NCBI RefSeq assembly: GCF_006345805.1
Contig: NC_042999.1
Location: 3,534,001-3,598,000 of the forward strand
Length of the DNA: 64,000 bases
From: Octopus sinensis
Lineage: Eukaryota
Direction: 5' to 3'
Shown: one piece after another, positions 61,039 to 64,000 of the stretch
Position numbering within the stretch: the first letter of the stretch is position 1
Layout: every line of letters begins with the position of its first letter
Notes under the pieces: generated by a model
Told to the model about the DNA's origin: nothing
The model's input: the letters and a program-made list of their open reading frames with translations, nothing else
The model's database searches: none
Program-made: the position numbers and the translations under genes

Positions 61039-61465
61039 GGATCTTTTCGGTTTGAACGGCAGTTTTTTTTTAATAATTTCCACGTAACTAAACACTTTTA
61101 AACTTCGTATACTGGTAGAATGTATTTATAAAACATCTTTTTTCTCTTGGCTTTATTGAGAAAATTCTATAGTGTGTAAGATATTTGTAGTTTTTTTCTT
61201 CAATTTCTGCAATTTCAACCAATCAATGACGGTTATTGAGGTAAAAAACATTCTGTGCCGTATGAATATGTCCCTCGTTTAAGAAACAGATTGGGTTTAT
61301 TTACATTTCTGAAGAAAAAAAGATACCCTTCCCCTCACTCCTAACCCTAACTAACTCTAACCCTAAAACAGATTGAAATGCAATAGATCAATACTAGGGT
61401 CATAATTATGGGTGACAATTTCGTATGACACTGCTAGAAAAACTGCCGTTCAAACCGAAAGATCC
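61039..61465. mobile_element. MITE with GG-starting TIRs (Merlin/Mutator-like)
   Basis: GGATCTTTTCGGTTTGAACGGCAGTTTT / AAAACTGCCGTTCAAACCGAAAGATCC; flanks GAAGAAAG / GAGGAAAG (8 bp, one mismatch). Confidence 0.85.
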
Positions 61466-61844
61466 GAGGAAAGAATAAGAGTCAACCTGACCCCCATGAA
61501 AAGAATATTTATTATTCAAGGAGATGACTTATTCTCAATGTTCTGACTCTGATTGCTATCAAATCTGTTGAATGTAATCACCACCATCTACAAAGACTAT
61601 GAACAAACCATGAACTATATGAGTCATATGGATGGTAACAAAAGGGTAATCTTTAAAAACCCAACAACGTGTCAGGAATAAGATTATAAGATATGAATAC
61701 ATTATGTAATTTCAGACATAAAATTTAAGGGCTGCATGAGAGAACCTTATAGCAGTGGTTCTTAACTAGGGTCCATATGACCCTGGGTAGGGGATTCCAT
61801 GTGAGATTTTTCTTGTAAAGATTTATGTATAATATATTGCATTT

Positions 61845-62040
61845 ACTTGTACAATGAACAAAGAGAAAACACAACAACGCGATGACGTGGCACAAGTATA
61901 GTGTTATTGGATGCTCAGGAAATGAAAGGAGGATTTAACGTTTCGATCGGAGCTCTTTGTCAGAAACATAGAAAAAGGAAAGGACCAAGGAAGGGAAGAC
62001 GGAGAAACAAAATCGCTAACGATACACACGCGGTCACAAA
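61845..62040 (-). mobile_element. Short Penelope/retrozyme-like element
   Basis: Second copy of 56695-56860. Confidence 0.65.
61934..61966 (-). ncRNA. Minimal hammerhead-like motif
   Basis: Reverse complement: TTT-CTGACAA-A-GAGC-TCC-GATC-GAAAC-GT-T-AAA. Confidence 0.5.
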
Positions 62041-62164
62041 CTATATATATATGTATATATATATGTATGCATGTATGTATGTATGTATATTATATATATA
62101 TATATATATATATAGATAGATAGATAGATATAGATATAAATATATTGTTCAGTTGTAGGGGCTT

Positions 62165-62378
62165 GGTTTGTAAGTGACTTAGCAACCTCCCTAGTGCTGG
62201 TGCCATGAAAAAAGCACCTCTGTAAAGTAGTTGGCATTAGAAAGAACATCCAGTTGTAGAAACCATATCATAGCAGATACTGGAGCTCGATACAGACCTT
62301 CAGTTTGTGATATACTGCCAGAACATAAAAGCCATGCCAGCATGGAAGATAAACACTAAATAACAATGATGATGATAA
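62165..62378 (+). mobile_element. Diverged RTE 3' end
   Basis: GTTGGCATTAGAAAGAACATCCAGTTGTAGAAAC..(GAT)n. Confidence 0.7.
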
Positions 62379-62387
62379 GCATCTTTG

Positions 62388-62866
62388 TGGAGGAGGAAGC
62401 ACTCCGTCGGTTACGACGACGAGGGTTCCGGTTGATCGGATCAAATCAACAGAACAGCCTGCTCATGAAATTAATGTGTAAGTGGCTGAACACTCCACAG
62501 ACACATGTACCCTTAACGTAGTTCTCGGAGATATTCAGCGTGACACAGAGAGTGACAAAGCCGGCCCTTTGAAATACAGAAGAGAAAGCAGGTCAACCCC
62601 CGACACCGAGAGCATCGACGGATGAATGAATGCGCATCCAGGCTCAGCGGTTGCGTAGGAAGTCAGGGACAAGAAACAGGAAGAAAGAGTGAGAGAAAGT
62701 TGTAGTGAAAGAGTACAGCAGGGATCACCACCATCCCTGCCGGAGCCTCGTGGCGCTTTAGGTGTTTTCGCTCAATAAACACTCACAATGCCCGGTCTGG
62801 GAATCGAAACCGCGATCCTAAGACCGCGAGTCCGCTGCCCTAACCACTGGGCCATTGCGCCTCCAC
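62388..62866 (-). mobile_element. SINE family C, full length
   Basis: Reverse complement of 9801-10180. Confidence 0.87.
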
Positions 62867-63198
62867 GCATCTTTGTATCATAATATAAATAGATATTCTT
62901 GCTATATGAGCTGAAGTTTTATCTGTACAAGCATTAGGACTGAGTGCTCTGAATTCACTGAATGGCTTTTCTGTTCTCTTCTTATGTTCATTAAAATTCT
63001 AGTTTAATTCATAATTACCCATGATGTGTTTCTATGCATATATTATATAGATGCTGTTAATATGTGCACTCAGTTTCTGAATAGATTTCCAGCAAATATT
63101 CTTAGTCAATCTCCCAAAAGGCTACAATCGGAATGTAGCAGACTTCAACCTGCAATATTTTAAACAAAACTAAATAATTCAAGAATTTTCACTTACAG

Positions 63199-63227
63199 AC
63201 ACTTTCTGAATGGAAAATAGCCGGTAG
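63199..63227 (+). CDS. Candidate short exon
   Basis: aattttcacttacag|TLSEWKIAG|gtaggt or gtatgc. Confidence 0.25.
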
Positions 63228-63362
63228 GTATGCTAATGGTAACATACTTTATGCCAGAAACATAAGAAAAAAAAAAGCTAAATGCCATGTCAATCTTTGT
63301 TCTCTTGCTCTCCGTGTGTGTATATACAATGTATGCACGTGTATGTGTGTATACATTCTTTA

Positions 63363-63779
63363 ATTTGTTTCAGTCATTTGACTGCGGCCATGCTGGAGCA
63401 GGGCCTTTAGTCGAGCAAATCGACCCCAGAACTTATTCTCTGTAAGCCTAGCACTTATTCTATCGGTGTCTCTTTCACCAAACCGCTAAGTTACAGGGAC
63501 GTAAACACACCGGCATCAGTTTTAAGTGATGTTGGGGGGTATAAACACAGACACACAAAAATATACACTAGCATGGAAAACGGACGTTAAATGATGATGA
63601 TGGTATATATATATATATACAATGGGCTTCTTTCAGTTTCCATCTGCCAAATCCGCTCACAAGGCTTTGGTCGGCCTGAGGCTATAGTTGAAGACACTTG
63701 CCCAAGGTGTCACACAGTGGGATTGAACCCGGAACAATGTGCTTGGTAAGCAAGCTACTTACCACACAGCCACTCCTGC

Positions 63780-63783
<4 letters not shown>
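63363..63783 (-). mobile_element. SINE family A, full length with a short RTE tail inserted
   Basis: Head and tail present; CTAGCATGGAAAACGGACGTTAAATGATGATG at about 63570-63600. Confidence 0.87.
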
Positions 63784-63851
<68 letters not shown>

Positions 63852-63914
63852 TATATATATGTATGTATAAATATATATGTAAGTATGTATATATATATAT
63901 TTTTTGTACTCCAC

Positions 63915-64000
63915 CTGCTTTTATACTCTTTTACTCTTTTACTTGTTTCAGTCATTTGACTGCGACCATGCTAGAGCACTGCCTTTAGTCGAGCAAATCG
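63915..64000 (-). mobile_element. SINE family A 3' end (continues beyond window)
   Basis: TTTACTTGTTTCAGTCATTTGACTGCGACCATGC. Confidence 0.85.

Noticed and set aside
61340-61366. Telomeric (CCCTAA)n seed
   Set aside because: Only 3-4 imperfect units inside a MITE.

Overview
AT-rich animal genomic DNA. The SINE/LINE families look like those of a coleoid cephalopod, most likely Octopus (recognition and inference, not a database result). No intact long ORF is present, and most ORF-track entries are microsatellite or repeat artefacts. The window is dominated by three tRNA-headed SINE families, about 20 5'-truncated RTE-clade LINE copies ending in (GAT)n, four decayed mariner elements, several MITEs, two Helentron-like elements, and very long (TA)/(TACA)/(TG) arrays. 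Short candidate exons with good splice signals suggest one or more unidentified intron-rich host genes, but I could not name any. The most notable signals are (1) several short Penelope/retrozyme-like repeats carrying minimal hammerhead-ribozyme cores, including a U3:A8 core variant in two copies with stem-II covariation and a tRNA-headed SINE with a hammerhead-like tail, and (2) a fold-back mariner built from two left ends, each carrying an RFX X-box-like motif. Repeat boundaries were read by eye and are approximate to tens of bases.
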